This document shows, piece by piece, positions 1 to 6,522 of a stretch of DNA of 19,674 bases; position 1 is the stretch's first letter; each line of letters begins with the position of its first letter. A program made the position numbers and the translations under genes. Where the stretch lies: positions 1 through 19,674 of the forward strand of contig DATMXZ010000186.1 of NCBI GenBank assembly GCA_035561235.1, in the 5' to 3' direction. The DNA comes from Ignavibacteria bacterium (GTDB taxonomy: Bacteria; Bacteroidota; Ignavibacteria; Tepidaquicellales; Tepidaquicellaceae). The notes below the pieces were generated by a model that was given only the letters and a program-made list of their open reading frames with translations, searched no databases and was not told the origin of the DNA.

Positions 1-1019
1 AACCTGTCCAATCCGCCCTGCAGCAGGTAAATATCTGTAAAGCCGAGTTTCACCGCGAGCACGGCGGCTTTTCCGGCGTTTTGTTCATCGTCCGCGATAA
101 AAATATTTTTCTTGTTTTTAAGCGACAGGAATTTGTCCGCATCTTTTTCAAAGAGATTTTCGAGAGTATAGTTTCTTGACTTAGGCAAACTCAAAGAGTC
201 GAAATCTTTTTTTAATCTGAAATCAAATATCTGTATGTTCTTGTCGTCGTCCATTATTCTGAACGCGAGTTCGTCGGGCGTCATAATCTTAACGTTTTCG
301 GTGCCTGTATATTCGCCGCTGTTAACCAAATCCAGCAGTTGTTGCTTTCGGTCGGGCAGAGCGAACATCAGGAGAGCGGCAATCACCGCAACTGCAGTCA
401 GTCCGTAATAAATCCTGACGGGTTTGAATTCGGAATTTAACGAGCCGTTAACTTTTTTCTCGATAAAAGTGGTTGCCCAGAACGCGCCGACCGCAACAAG
501 TACAAGCAGAAACGCGAACAGCGACTGAGACATTCCAAGCGACTCGAACACTCTTACATTTCCCCAGGATTCGCTTAAATACAATTTTTCAAACAATGGA
601 TATCCTTCGGCGAACAGCATCACGCCGAGGAAGGAGCCCGCCACAAATATCATAGCGTCAATTTTTCCAATAGCGGCGGCGCATACGCTCGTACCCGGGC
701 AGAACCCTCCGATAACGAATCCGAGCCCCATAATGAAACCGCCTGCAAGCGCCGACCACAGGAATGTCGGATTAATGTACACGAGGCTTATATCAAGCAA
801 ACCCCAGTGTCCGAGGGCAATCACACCTATCATAGCGGTAATTCCGGCGGTGAAAAACACTCTGAGAACCGTGAAGTCGTATCCGTAAAAAAGACCGACA
901 AGTTTTTTTGACGTTGAAAAACCCGCCTGCTCGAGTATAAAGCCGAACGCTATTCCTATGAAGAGAGCGACTATAAAATTTAATTCGTTTCCTATAACTT
1001 CAGGAACTAATGGTCCCAT
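1..1019 (-). CDS. YeeE/YedE-family (sulfur-transport) membrane protein fused to a C-terminal rhodanese-like domain; partial, the 3' end runs off the window (339 codons visible)
   Basis: Absent from the supplied ORF track because there is no stop inside the window. I translated the reverse strand codon by codon from the ATG at 1019..1017 and found no stop down to position 3. The product reads MGPLVPEVIGNELNFIVALFIGIAFGFILEQAGFSTSKK...GFVIGGFCPGTSVCAAAIGK...SLFAFLLVLVAVGAFW, with several hydrophobic helices and the GGFCPGTS glycine/cysteine motif typical of YeeE/YedE. A last TM helix (IYYGLTAVAVIAALLMF) follows, then VKIMTPDELAFRIMDDDKNIQIFDFR...NIFIADDEQNAGKAAVLAVKLGFTDIYLLQGGLDR, which has rhodanese-fold layout. 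An AGGAG lies 9 nt upstream of the ATG. Confidence 0.8.
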   Translation of the reverse strand, partial: MGPLVPEVIGNELNFIVALFIGIAFGFILEQAGFSTSKKLVGLFYGYDFTVLRVFFTAGITAMIGVIALGHWGLLDISLVYINPTFLWSALAGGFIMGLGFVIGGFCPGTSVCAAAIGKIDAMIFVAGSFLGVMLFAEGYPLFEKLYLSESWGNVRVFESLGMSQSLFAFLLVLVAVGAFWATTFIEKKVNGSLNSEFKPVRIYYGLTAVAVIAALLMFALPDRKQQLLDLVNSGEYTGTENVKIMTPDELAFRIMDDDKNIQIFDFRLKKDFDSLSLPKSRNYTLENLFEKDADKFLSLKNKKNIFIADDEQNAGKAAVLAVKLGFTDIYLLQGGLDR

Positions 1020-1043
1020 TTTAATAAACTCCTATGAATAATT

Positions 1044-1559
1044 TTAAATCCACAATTTTCTGAAAAAGTACGCGAACAAATAAGCGCCGCCGAAAATCGC
1101 TGCCATCGTTATTAATCCGCCCGTAGAGAGTACCGCCATGCCGGACAAAGCCGCTCCGCTTGTGCATCCCCTTCCGAGCTGCGCTCCGAATCCGAACAGG
1201 AATCCGCCGATAAGCGCGCCGGCGATTCTGATTTTCGCGGTGCTTTTCGGAGAATGCTCGAGTTTAAATTTAAGCCTGTTTGATATTAAGCCTGAAATAA
1301 ACGCGCCGATAACCACTCCAATCACTTCAAAAACCAGCCAGTTCTTAAGCGGATTTCCAGGATGCTCTTTAGAGTATTCCTGATAATACAACGCATTTGC
1401 GGTATAACCGGGAAGTATGCTTTCAACGGCCGCCGTATAAACGCTCTTAACGGCTCCGCTTGCACCGAGTCCCCTTCCTGTAATGTAGATAGTGGCGAGA
1501 AGAATCAGTCCGAGAAAGAATCCCGCCAGATAGGGATTCATGAATTTCTGTTCATTCAT
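1044..1559 (-). CDS. Half-size YeeE/YedE-family (sulfur/thiosulfate-transport type) membrane protein
   Basis: 171-aa ORF that is hydrophobic throughout. It carries two glycine-rich motifs, GRGLGASGA and GRGCTSGA, characteristic of YeeE/YedE (Sulf_transp/DUF395). A GAGGT Shine-Dalgarno sits 5 nt upstream. Its ATG overlaps the stop of the upstream cytochrome b gene by 8 nt (ATGAATGA). Confidence 0.85.
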   Translation of the reverse strand: MNEQKFMNPYLAGFFLGLILLATIYITGRGLGASGAVKSVYTAAVESILPGYTANALYYQEYSKEHPGNPLKNWLVFEVIGVVIGAFISGLISNRLKFKLEHSPKSTAKIRIAGALIGGFLFGFGAQLGRGCTSGAALSGMAVLSTGGLITMAAIFGGAYLFAYFFRKLWI

Positions 1560-2229
1560 AGATTACCTCTTTTTTGTCGTCTTTGTTTTGCTCATTTTTT
1601 ATTTCGCTGCCGTGCTGTTCGGATTCCTCAAGTTCCTCGAACCCTGTCAGCATTGCTTTTAAATTTGAAGTTACGGTTGTTCCGGTCGTAATGAGATACA
1701 GGTGAACAACGATAAAAGCCAGCAGCAGGAACGCGCCCGCGGTATGAAATACTGCAATCACGCCAACCGAATCAATGTTTAATCCTTCGATTGTTCCTTC
1801 CTGAGGATACCTGTAGAACATATACAATAAGCCCGAAACGACCATAACGGGTATTACGAGCAGTTTAAGTCCCAAATAGACGAGTTTCTGCAAGGGATTA
1901 AGTTTGCTTAAAACCGTTTTCTTTGTAGGATGCGGAGCGTTCTTAAAAATTCCAAAAAGATAATAATATATCTGCGCTTTAATATTCCCGAATGTCGGCA
2001 GATACTGTCTCCATTCTCCCGTGGCAAAATGCCAGAACACGGCGAATATTATAAGCACAATGAACGCATACGCGGCGATGTTGTGGTATCTCACCGCGTT
2101 TTGATATCCGAGAAAACTCAGCGTGCCGTGAATTTCAAAACCCGTGAACGCGAGAAAGAAAATCAAAATTGCCTGCATCCAGTGCCAGAATCTTTCGAAG
2201 GCTTTATAAATATACACTTTCTGTTTCAT
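1552..2229 (-). CDS. Membrane b-type cytochrome (FdnI / Ni-Fe hydrogenase cytochrome b family, PF01292-like), probable quinol-oxidising anchor
   Basis: 225-aa ORF with 4-5 TM helices. N-terminus is KAFERFWHWMQAILIFFLAFTGFEIHG. Candidate haem-ligand histidines are His16, His49/His67, and His162 plus His176, the last two 14 residues apart in the final helix. That spacing matches dihaem b subunits of formate dehydrogenase-N and hydrogenase. AGGAGA lies 5-6 nt upstream. The ATG overlaps the stop of the octahaem gene by 4 nt (ATGA). Confidence 0.8.
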   Translation of the reverse strand: MKQKVYIYKAFERFWHWMQAILIFFLAFTGFEIHGTLSFLGYQNAVRYHNIAAYAFIVLIIFAVFWHFATGEWRQYLPTFGNIKAQIYYYLFGIFKNAPHPTKKTVLSKLNPLQKLVYLGLKLLVIPVMVVSGLLYMFYRYPQEGTIEGLNIDSVGVIAVFHTAGAFLLLAFIVVHLYLITTGTTVTSNLKAMLTGFEELEESEQHGSEIKNEQNKDDKKEVIYE

Positions 2230-3800
2230 AATCTTCTCCTGTTTTTTCTTGAAGAAACGATTCTAACAATTCCGTGGGAAAGCACACCTGCGAAAGACAG
2301 AACCAGCAAGGCATAGCCGGCGGTTTCGACCGCATTATTTCTGTCTCTTGCGGGCATATAAAAATCGTTCAACCCCGCGAGTCTGCTTCCATTGTTCGTA
2401 TGGCATTCTACGCATTTGACTGAATTTTCTTTTGTCGAAACCATATGGTTGACAGGCCAGTACATTTCGGTCTGTATAAAGGAAAGATTTCCGCTGAACG
2501 GCAGACCAATTTCTTTCATTCCAACATCTAAAGCGCGCAGACAATCGAAGTCTTTCCAGAAAGCGCCTTCGCCTAATTTCGGGTCAAAAAGTTTTGGAAT
2601 CGCGAGCATTTTATATACCGGATCGAAACATTGTCTGGTTCGCATAAGTTTTACAGGAATAATTTTGGATTCCCTGTCGTTATATGATCCTTTCAACTGG
2701 TTAAGAACCAAAGGCACGGTGGTATCCTGTATAATATCCCCCTTTAAATAGTGGTCGGCCGTACCGTTAAACCAAATATATTCAGGTATGAGACTTCTCC
2801 CCCATTTAAAACTACCTTTTGTGGATAAATAAGTATGGTTTCCAAGGGAGTCATTTATTTCGTAAGGTTCACCGTCTTTAAGTTTGCCCGCTGTTGACCA
2901 ATCCCATTCTGTTTTAGTAGAATTTACTTTTGCATAAACAGGAATATGACAGGTCTGGCAGGCGACTTTCAGAGTATGTTTGTTCAGGATTCCGTCATCG
3001 TGCGGATTTTCCGTATGGCATTGTTCGCAGGTCGAGCGGTTTCTGTTCATCGAAGCCAAAGAATACATCTGGCCTTGTATGTTGTGCTTATCCGTTAAAT
3101 GGCAATCAACGCATACAAGATTACTTCCGTCGGTACCCATATGGACGTCAATATTTTTTGCGGGTTCAAACATTGCTTTTTCCAAATCGCCGTGTTTGAC
3201 GTTATTTCCGCCGCCGCCGTAGAAATGGCAAACCCCGCAATTCGAACGTTTTGGTCTTCCGACGTTTTGGGCGATATTAGAAAAGTCCAATGTCGGTTCC
3301 GGAGCCCCGCCTTTTTCCTGAGCCTTTGCATATGTTTCGGTATTATCGTGACAGACCAGGCAGTCAACATTTTGAGGGTCTTCAAAATCAAACGTTTTAG
3401 ACGATGTCATTCCATACCCGATATGGCATTTAGCGCAGGCAAGTTCATTGCCTTCGGCTCCCAGGCAAAAATTATTAATCGCGTTTTTTTTGCCGAGATA
3501 AACAATCCCCTTCCCTTCTATATAAGTCGGCTCCTCCCAGTTCCAGTGGTTAGACTTCATCACCTCCAGGTGTCTTTCCGTATGACAAGATATGCAGGCT
3601 TCCGTAACCTGCTGGGGCGATGAGAATTTTTTCTTAAGAACATCAAACTTTGCGTGCTTAACGGAGGCGGTTTTCTTTGCGGAATATTTTTCTTTCAGCA
3701 AAGAAAGGGTTGAAGATTCCGTTTTATTAGTCTGAAGCAGCGTAATAACGCCTGCTAAAGTAATCCCAATAACAAAAACGATTAAAAATATTTTTTTCAT
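2226..3800 (-). CDS. Octahaem c-type cytochrome, most similar in layout to the tetrathionate-reductase (Otr) family; N-terminal signal/anchor and C-terminal TM helix
   Basis: 524-aa ORF with exactly eight CXXCH motifs: CISCH, CAKCH, CLVCH, CGVCH, CVDCH, CEQCH, CQTCH, CVECH. It has a hydrophobic N-terminus (MKKIFLIVFVIGITLAGVITLL). The stretch CHFYGGGGNNVKHGD is one I recall as typical of Otr-type octahaem proteins, from memory and unverified. The C-terminus is hydrophobic with a basic tail (YALLVLSFAGVLSHGIVRIVSSRKNRRRL). The multihaem call is near certain; the family assignment is less so. Confidence 0.85.
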   Translation of the reverse strand: MKKIFLIVFVIGITLAGVITLLQTNKTESSTLSLLKEKYSAKKTASVKHAKFDVLKKKFSSPQQVTEACISCHTERHLEVMKSNHWNWEEPTYIEGKGIVYLGKKNAINNFCLGAEGNELACAKCHIGYGMTSSKTFDFEDPQNVDCLVCHDNTETYAKAQEKGGAPEPTLDFSNIAQNVGRPKRSNCGVCHFYGGGGNNVKHGDLEKAMFEPAKNIDVHMGTDGSNLVCVDCHLTDKHNIQGQMYSLASMNRNRSTCEQCHTENPHDDGILNKHTLKVACQTCHIPVYAKVNSTKTEWDWSTAGKLKDGEPYEINDSLGNHTYLSTKGSFKWGRSLIPEYIWFNGTADHYLKGDIIQDTTVPLVLNQLKGSYNDRESKIIPVKLMRTRQCFDPVYKMLAIPKLFDPKLGEGAFWKDFDCLRALDVGMKEIGLPFSGNLSFIQTEMYWPVNHMVSTKENSVKCVECHTNNGSRLAGLNDFYMPARDRNNAVETAGYALLVLSFAGVLSHGIVRIVSSRKNRRRL

Positions 3801-3870
3801 AAAGTTTTCTTATATCATTATTCTTATTAGTACTTGCTTGAATCGGGGCATTTTCACGAATAATTATTTA

Positions 3871-3898
3871 ATCTTAATATATCGGTTAATTTGTTCAA
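3871..3898 (-). promoter_or_regulatory. Candidate sigma70-like promoter P2 proximal to the octahaem operon (TTGAAC-16 nt-TAAGAT)
   Basis: On the minus strand, TTGAAC (3898..3893), a 16-nt spacer, then TAAGAT (3876..3871). This lies about 70 nt upstream of the ATG at 3800. It rests on a hexamer match only, in AT-rich DNA where such matches arise by chance. Confidence 0.25.
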
Positions 3899-3939
3899 TG
3901 TACTTTTCGGGTTATAAAATATACGATAAACCGATTTGA

Positions 3940-3968
3940 CCGCACGCAGCGCTTAAATGCGCGGCGCG
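3940..3968 (-). other. Isolated GC-rich imperfect hairpin inside an AT-rich spacer; possible terminator or RNA structure
   Basis: ccgcacgcagcgc / ttaaat / gcgcggcgcg. Pairing outward from the loop gives 4 bp, a mismatch, 3 bp, a mismatch, then 1 bp. There is no clean U-tract on either strand. It is the only GC-rich island between 3801 and 4130. Confidence 0.3.
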
Positions 3969-4031
3969 ATTGGGCAAAAACAAAATCTTCATTCCGATTA
4001 TAAAGGCAATGAGGCGTATTCACTAAAATTA

Positions 4032-4088
4032 TATGCTATTAGCATAAGTTGTTATAAGCAACTTATTTATAATTATTAGAAATGTCAA
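4032..4088 (-). promoter_or_regulatory. Candidate distal promoter P1 (TTGACA-17 nt-TAAGTT) overlapped by two adjacent inverted repeats (operator-like)
   Basis: On the minus strand, a consensus -35 TTGACA (4088..4083), a 17-nt spacer, then TAAGTT (4065..4060). Inverted repeat ataagttg-N7-caacttat (4044..4066, 8-bp perfect arms) covers the -10 and start region. A second inverted repeat tatgct-att-agcata (4032..4046) abuts it. Confidence 0.3.
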
Positions 4089-4266
4089 TAAACTTTTCCG
4101 TCATATACCGCCGCTTTGAGACGCTAAGCGGTAAACGGATTTACGCATCTGCTCCTGTCAACTATGAGCGGCATCCAGGGTCAGACCGTAATAAATATTC
4201 GTTAACCGGTTTGATTTCAAGCGGTGATTGTTTGCGATAAAATTACCATTCTTACCGCGCCGGAGT

Positions 4267-4593
4267 TTACGAATCCGGGGATTTCATAACTCCGAGGAGT
4301 TGAGACAGGGTATCATATTTGGACGGAATAATAACGGTTTGAATTCCGTGTTTGTCGAGAAGTTTTTTCACGGTGATTCCGTAATTGCCAGATATTACCG
4401 ACGTGACGCCGAGCGAAACCAAGAACGCCACCGCTTTTTTTCCGGAGTGCGCGGGCAGGTTATTTCCCGGGTTTAAGACAAAATCGATTTTTCCCGATAA
4501 ATCATCGAAGAGACAGAAGTATCTTGTTTTGCCGAAGCAGTCTTCTATCGGCGAACTCAGAGCATTTTCTTTTACAGTGATTGCTTTCATCAT
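4267..4593 (-). CDS. Small NifB/NifX-like (dinitrogenase Fe-Mo cofactor biosynthesis domain, Nitro_FeMo-Co fold) protein
   Basis: 108-aa ORF. It shows the N-terminal beta-strand plus FGxxxYF signature (KAITVKEN...CFGKTRYFCLFD) and a later ...GVTSVISGNYG...L...GIQ pattern. Both are typical of stand-alone NifX/MTH1175-like proteins. Its ATG overlaps the stop of the DUF134 gene by 4 nt. Confidence 0.7.
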   Translation of the reverse strand: MMKAITVKENALSSPIEDCFGKTRYFCLFDDLSGKIDFVLNPGNNLPAHSGKKAVAFLVSLGVTSVISGNYGITVKKLLDKHGIQTVIIPSKYDTLSQLLGVMKSPDS

Positions 4594-5003
4594 AAATTTT
4601 TTAACCTTGAACTTTCAAATCCCGGATTTTTGCAAAGCGGACAAGACGGGCTGCCTGTTTTTTTCGAGGTATTATAGATGCACTCGCAAACAGAGCATTT
4701 ATACCAGTTATCCCCGTAATAAATATTTTCTCCGGAAATTTTCATTGCTTTCTTTTCAACAAGCGCCGTAGCCAGTTTGCCCCTTGCGCGTTTGTATATT
4801 CTTGTAAAAGTCGGTCTCGAGATACGCATTAATTTGGCCGCCTTAGTCTGGTCGAGCCCTTCGTAATCAATAAGTTTAATCGATTCATACTCCTCGGCAA
4901 GGAACAAGATGCTATCTTCTTCCGAAACGTTTTTATCCGATGAGAAAAAACCTGTTTCCGGAAACGGAGATAATATTTTTCTTTGCTTAATAGGTCTCGC
5001 CAC
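4590..5003 (-). CDS. DUF134/UPF0251 family putative DNA-binding protein with a C-terminal Cys4 zinc-ribbon extension
   Basis: 137-aa ORF with a GTG start. The N-terminus MARPIKQRKI, then LFLAEEYESIKLIDYEGLDQTKAAKLMRISRPTFTRIYKRARGKLATALVEKKAMKI, matches the DUF134 pattern (RPxKxR..., sigma-70 region-4-like HTH). The C-terminal extension is WYKCSVCECIYNTSKKTGSPSCPLCKN (CxxC...CxxC). It starts 6 nt after the Mrp stop. Confidence 0.8.
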   Translation of the reverse strand: MARPIKQRKILSPFPETGFFSSDKNVSEEDSILFLAEEYESIKLIDYEGLDQTKAAKLMRISRPTFTRIYKRARGKLATALVEKKAMKISGENIYYGDNWYKCSVCECIYNTSKKTGSPSCPLCKNPGFESSRLKNL

Positions 5004-5009
5004 GATTAT

Positions 5010-5843
5010 TTATATTAGTATATCGTTGTTATCTCCGTACAACAATTTTATTTTTCCGGCAATTCCCGCAAAAGCCGTTGTCACGCCGTTAAGCGGTTTT
5101 TCAACGACTATCGGCTCTCCGCTGTCTCCTGAAACACGGGCTTGAATATCGATTGGAATTGAGCCCAGAAAATGCACATTGTTTTCATCCGCAAGTTTTC
5201 TACCCCCTCCAAATCCGAAAATATCCAGTTCGGCGCTGCAATGAGGACATACGAAGCCCGACATATTTTCAACAACACCGATACGCGGGATACCGAGTTC
5301 TTTTGCCATGTTGATCGCTCTTTCAGCGTCAATAACGGACACCTCTTGCGGAGTCGTTACGATTACGGCAAAATCAGGTTTCATTTCCTGCGAAATTGTA
5401 AGTATTTCGTCTCCTGTTCCGGGAGGAAGATCGGCTATAAGATAATCGAGCATTCCCCATTCCACATCCGCGAGAAACTGATTAATGATTTTGGAACGAA
5501 CAGGTCCGCGCCATATCAAGGGCTGTCCTTTTTTCAAGATGCTTGCCATTGAAATCATTTTGACCCCGTGCTTTTCGAAAGGAATTATCTTCTCATCGAG
5601 ATAAATAAGGTCGCCATAAACGTTCATCATTTTTGAAACGTTGGGACCCGTTATGTCGGCGTCGAGAATTCCCGCCGAGAAGCCTCCCGACTTCAGCGTG
5701 AAAGCAAGATTGATACTTACGGTTGTTTTGCCGACGCCTCCTTTTCCGCTGAAGACCGCTATTCGGTGTTTTATTCCCGAAACTGTTTCTTTAATTCTCC
5801 TCTGTTCTTCTTCAAACGATTTAGTATTTTCTTTTGTGTTCAT
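5010..5843 (-). CDS. apbC: Mrp/NBP35/ApbC-family P-loop ATPase (Fe-S cluster carrier)
   Basis: 277-aa ORF with a deviant Walker A (AVFSGKGGVGKTTVSINLA), the DADITGPN and DYLIADLPPGTGD motifs, and the conserved cluster-bridging CPHC (GFVCPHCSAELDIFG). Confidence 0.9.
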   Translation of the reverse strand: MNTKENTKSFEEEQRRIKETVSGIKHRIAVFSGKGGVGKTTVSINLAFTLKSGGFSAGILDADITGPNVSKMMNVYGDLIYLDEKIIPFEKHGVKMISMASILKKGQPLIWRGPVRSKIINQFLADVEWGMLDYLIADLPPGTGDEILTISQEMKPDFAVIVTTPQEVSVIDAERAINMAKELGIPRIGVVENMSGFVCPHCSAELDIFGFGGGRKLADENNVHFLGSIPIDIQARVSGDSGEPIVVEKPLNGVTTAFAGIAGKIKLLYGDNNDILI

Positions 5844-5874
5844 TTATTAGATGTTTTTAACGCCATTGGCTTAA

Positions 5875-6420
5875 CTACGGAAGCAAAACAGCGGCCGCTA
5901 TGACCGTAGTCCACAATCCGTTCTTATCTCCAAGGGCAGTCTGTGTAATATTAAAGGACCTCACGATTTTTCCGGACATTTTAAATGCCTGTTCTCTTTC
6001 GAGCCAGTCCGTTTCGGGATTAAACTCAACGTTTAACGTCGTGGCGAGCATTTGGGCGGCTAAATCCTCCGCATAATCTCCGCAGTTTTTTTCTTTAACG
6101 CCGTACGGGTGATATTCCGACAGGTATCCGTATTGCGATTCGTCCGCCGGAATCGCGACACCTATTGATGACGCAATGAGTCTGTTCGGTTCGTTCGTAA
6201 AATTCCTCGCCATAACAGAAAAGGTGATTCCGCCCTGCGACAGTTCTCCGAGACCCTCGTTCCTCGTTATTATCCTGCAGCCGGGCGGAAATACGCTGCT
6301 CACCATTACGAGGTTGCAAATTTCAATCCCCGCGTCGCGAAGCGCCGCCTCAAAAGAAGCCAGATAGTATTTATGCCGCCCGACCCCTTTGGTAAAAAAT
6401 ATTTTTTTAGGTACGAACAA
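5875..6420 (-). CDS. pdaD: Pyruvoyl-dependent arginine decarboxylase
   Basis: 181-aa ORF with a TTG start. The sequence [46 protein letters not shown] carries the VSS self-cleavage (pyruvoyl-forming) motif at Ser41-Ser42. Length and N-terminus match PvlArgDC proteins. Confidence 0.9.
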   Translation of the reverse strand: MFVPKKIFFTKGVGRHKYYLASFEAALRDAGIEICNLVMVSSVFPPGCRIITRNEGLGELSQGGITFSVMARNFTNEPNRLIASSIGVAIPADESQYGYLSEYHPYGVKEKNCGDYAEDLAAQMLATTLNVEFNPETDWLEREQAFKMSGKIVRSFNITQTALGDKNGLWTTVIAAAVLLP

Positions 6421-6522
6421 ATTCGTTGCCGTTCACGGTTGCCGGGACATCAAGCCTCACACGAATAAGGTCCGGGCTTGCCATCCCGATAAATTCCATT
6501 TGATTTTAAAAATTTTTTAACT

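Noticed and set aside
473-655. 60-aa plus-strand ORF, the only ORF-track entry in the first 1 kb
   Set aside because: It lies antisense inside the unlisted but continuous 339-codon minus-strand YeeE-rhodanese frame. Its product is an Arg/Thr-rich low-complexity sequence with no recognisable motif. It is a shadow ORF.
1020-2250. Strong AGGAG-type ribosome-binding sites in the octahaem operon, contrasted with no Shine-Dalgarno before many other genes, as a possible sign of horizontal acquisition
   Set aside because: Shine-Dalgarno-like sequences also precede internal genes of the Yej operon (GAGGTG before 12989, GGTGA before 13956) and the NifX-like gene at 8840. The genes lacking one are mostly first in their operons. 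The pattern reflects operon position, not foreign origin.
3099-3623. 174-aa plus-strand ORF, together with 2392-2751, 2930-3199, 2980-3222, and 3095-3391 in another minus frame
   Set aside because: All lie within the octahaem cytochrome gene, whose eight in-frame CXXCH motifs establish the true frame. The overlapping ORFs have no motifs and typical antisense composition.
4255-4280. The sequence ttacgaatccgggg resembles a tRNA T-arm (GGTTCGAATCC)
   Set aside because: It is the stop-codon end of the NifX-like CDS. No acceptor or anticodon stems can be drawn around it. I found no tRNA-like cloverleaf in any intergenic spacer.
6407-6484. 25-codon minus-strand mini-ORF ([25 protein letters not shown]) that ends overlapping the TTG start of pdaD; possible leader peptide
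   Set aside because: It has no ribosome-binding site and no Arg-codon run or attenuator hairpin that would suggest arginine or polyamine sensing. An ORF this short is expected by chance. It would be worth revisiting only if ribosome profiling shows occupancy.
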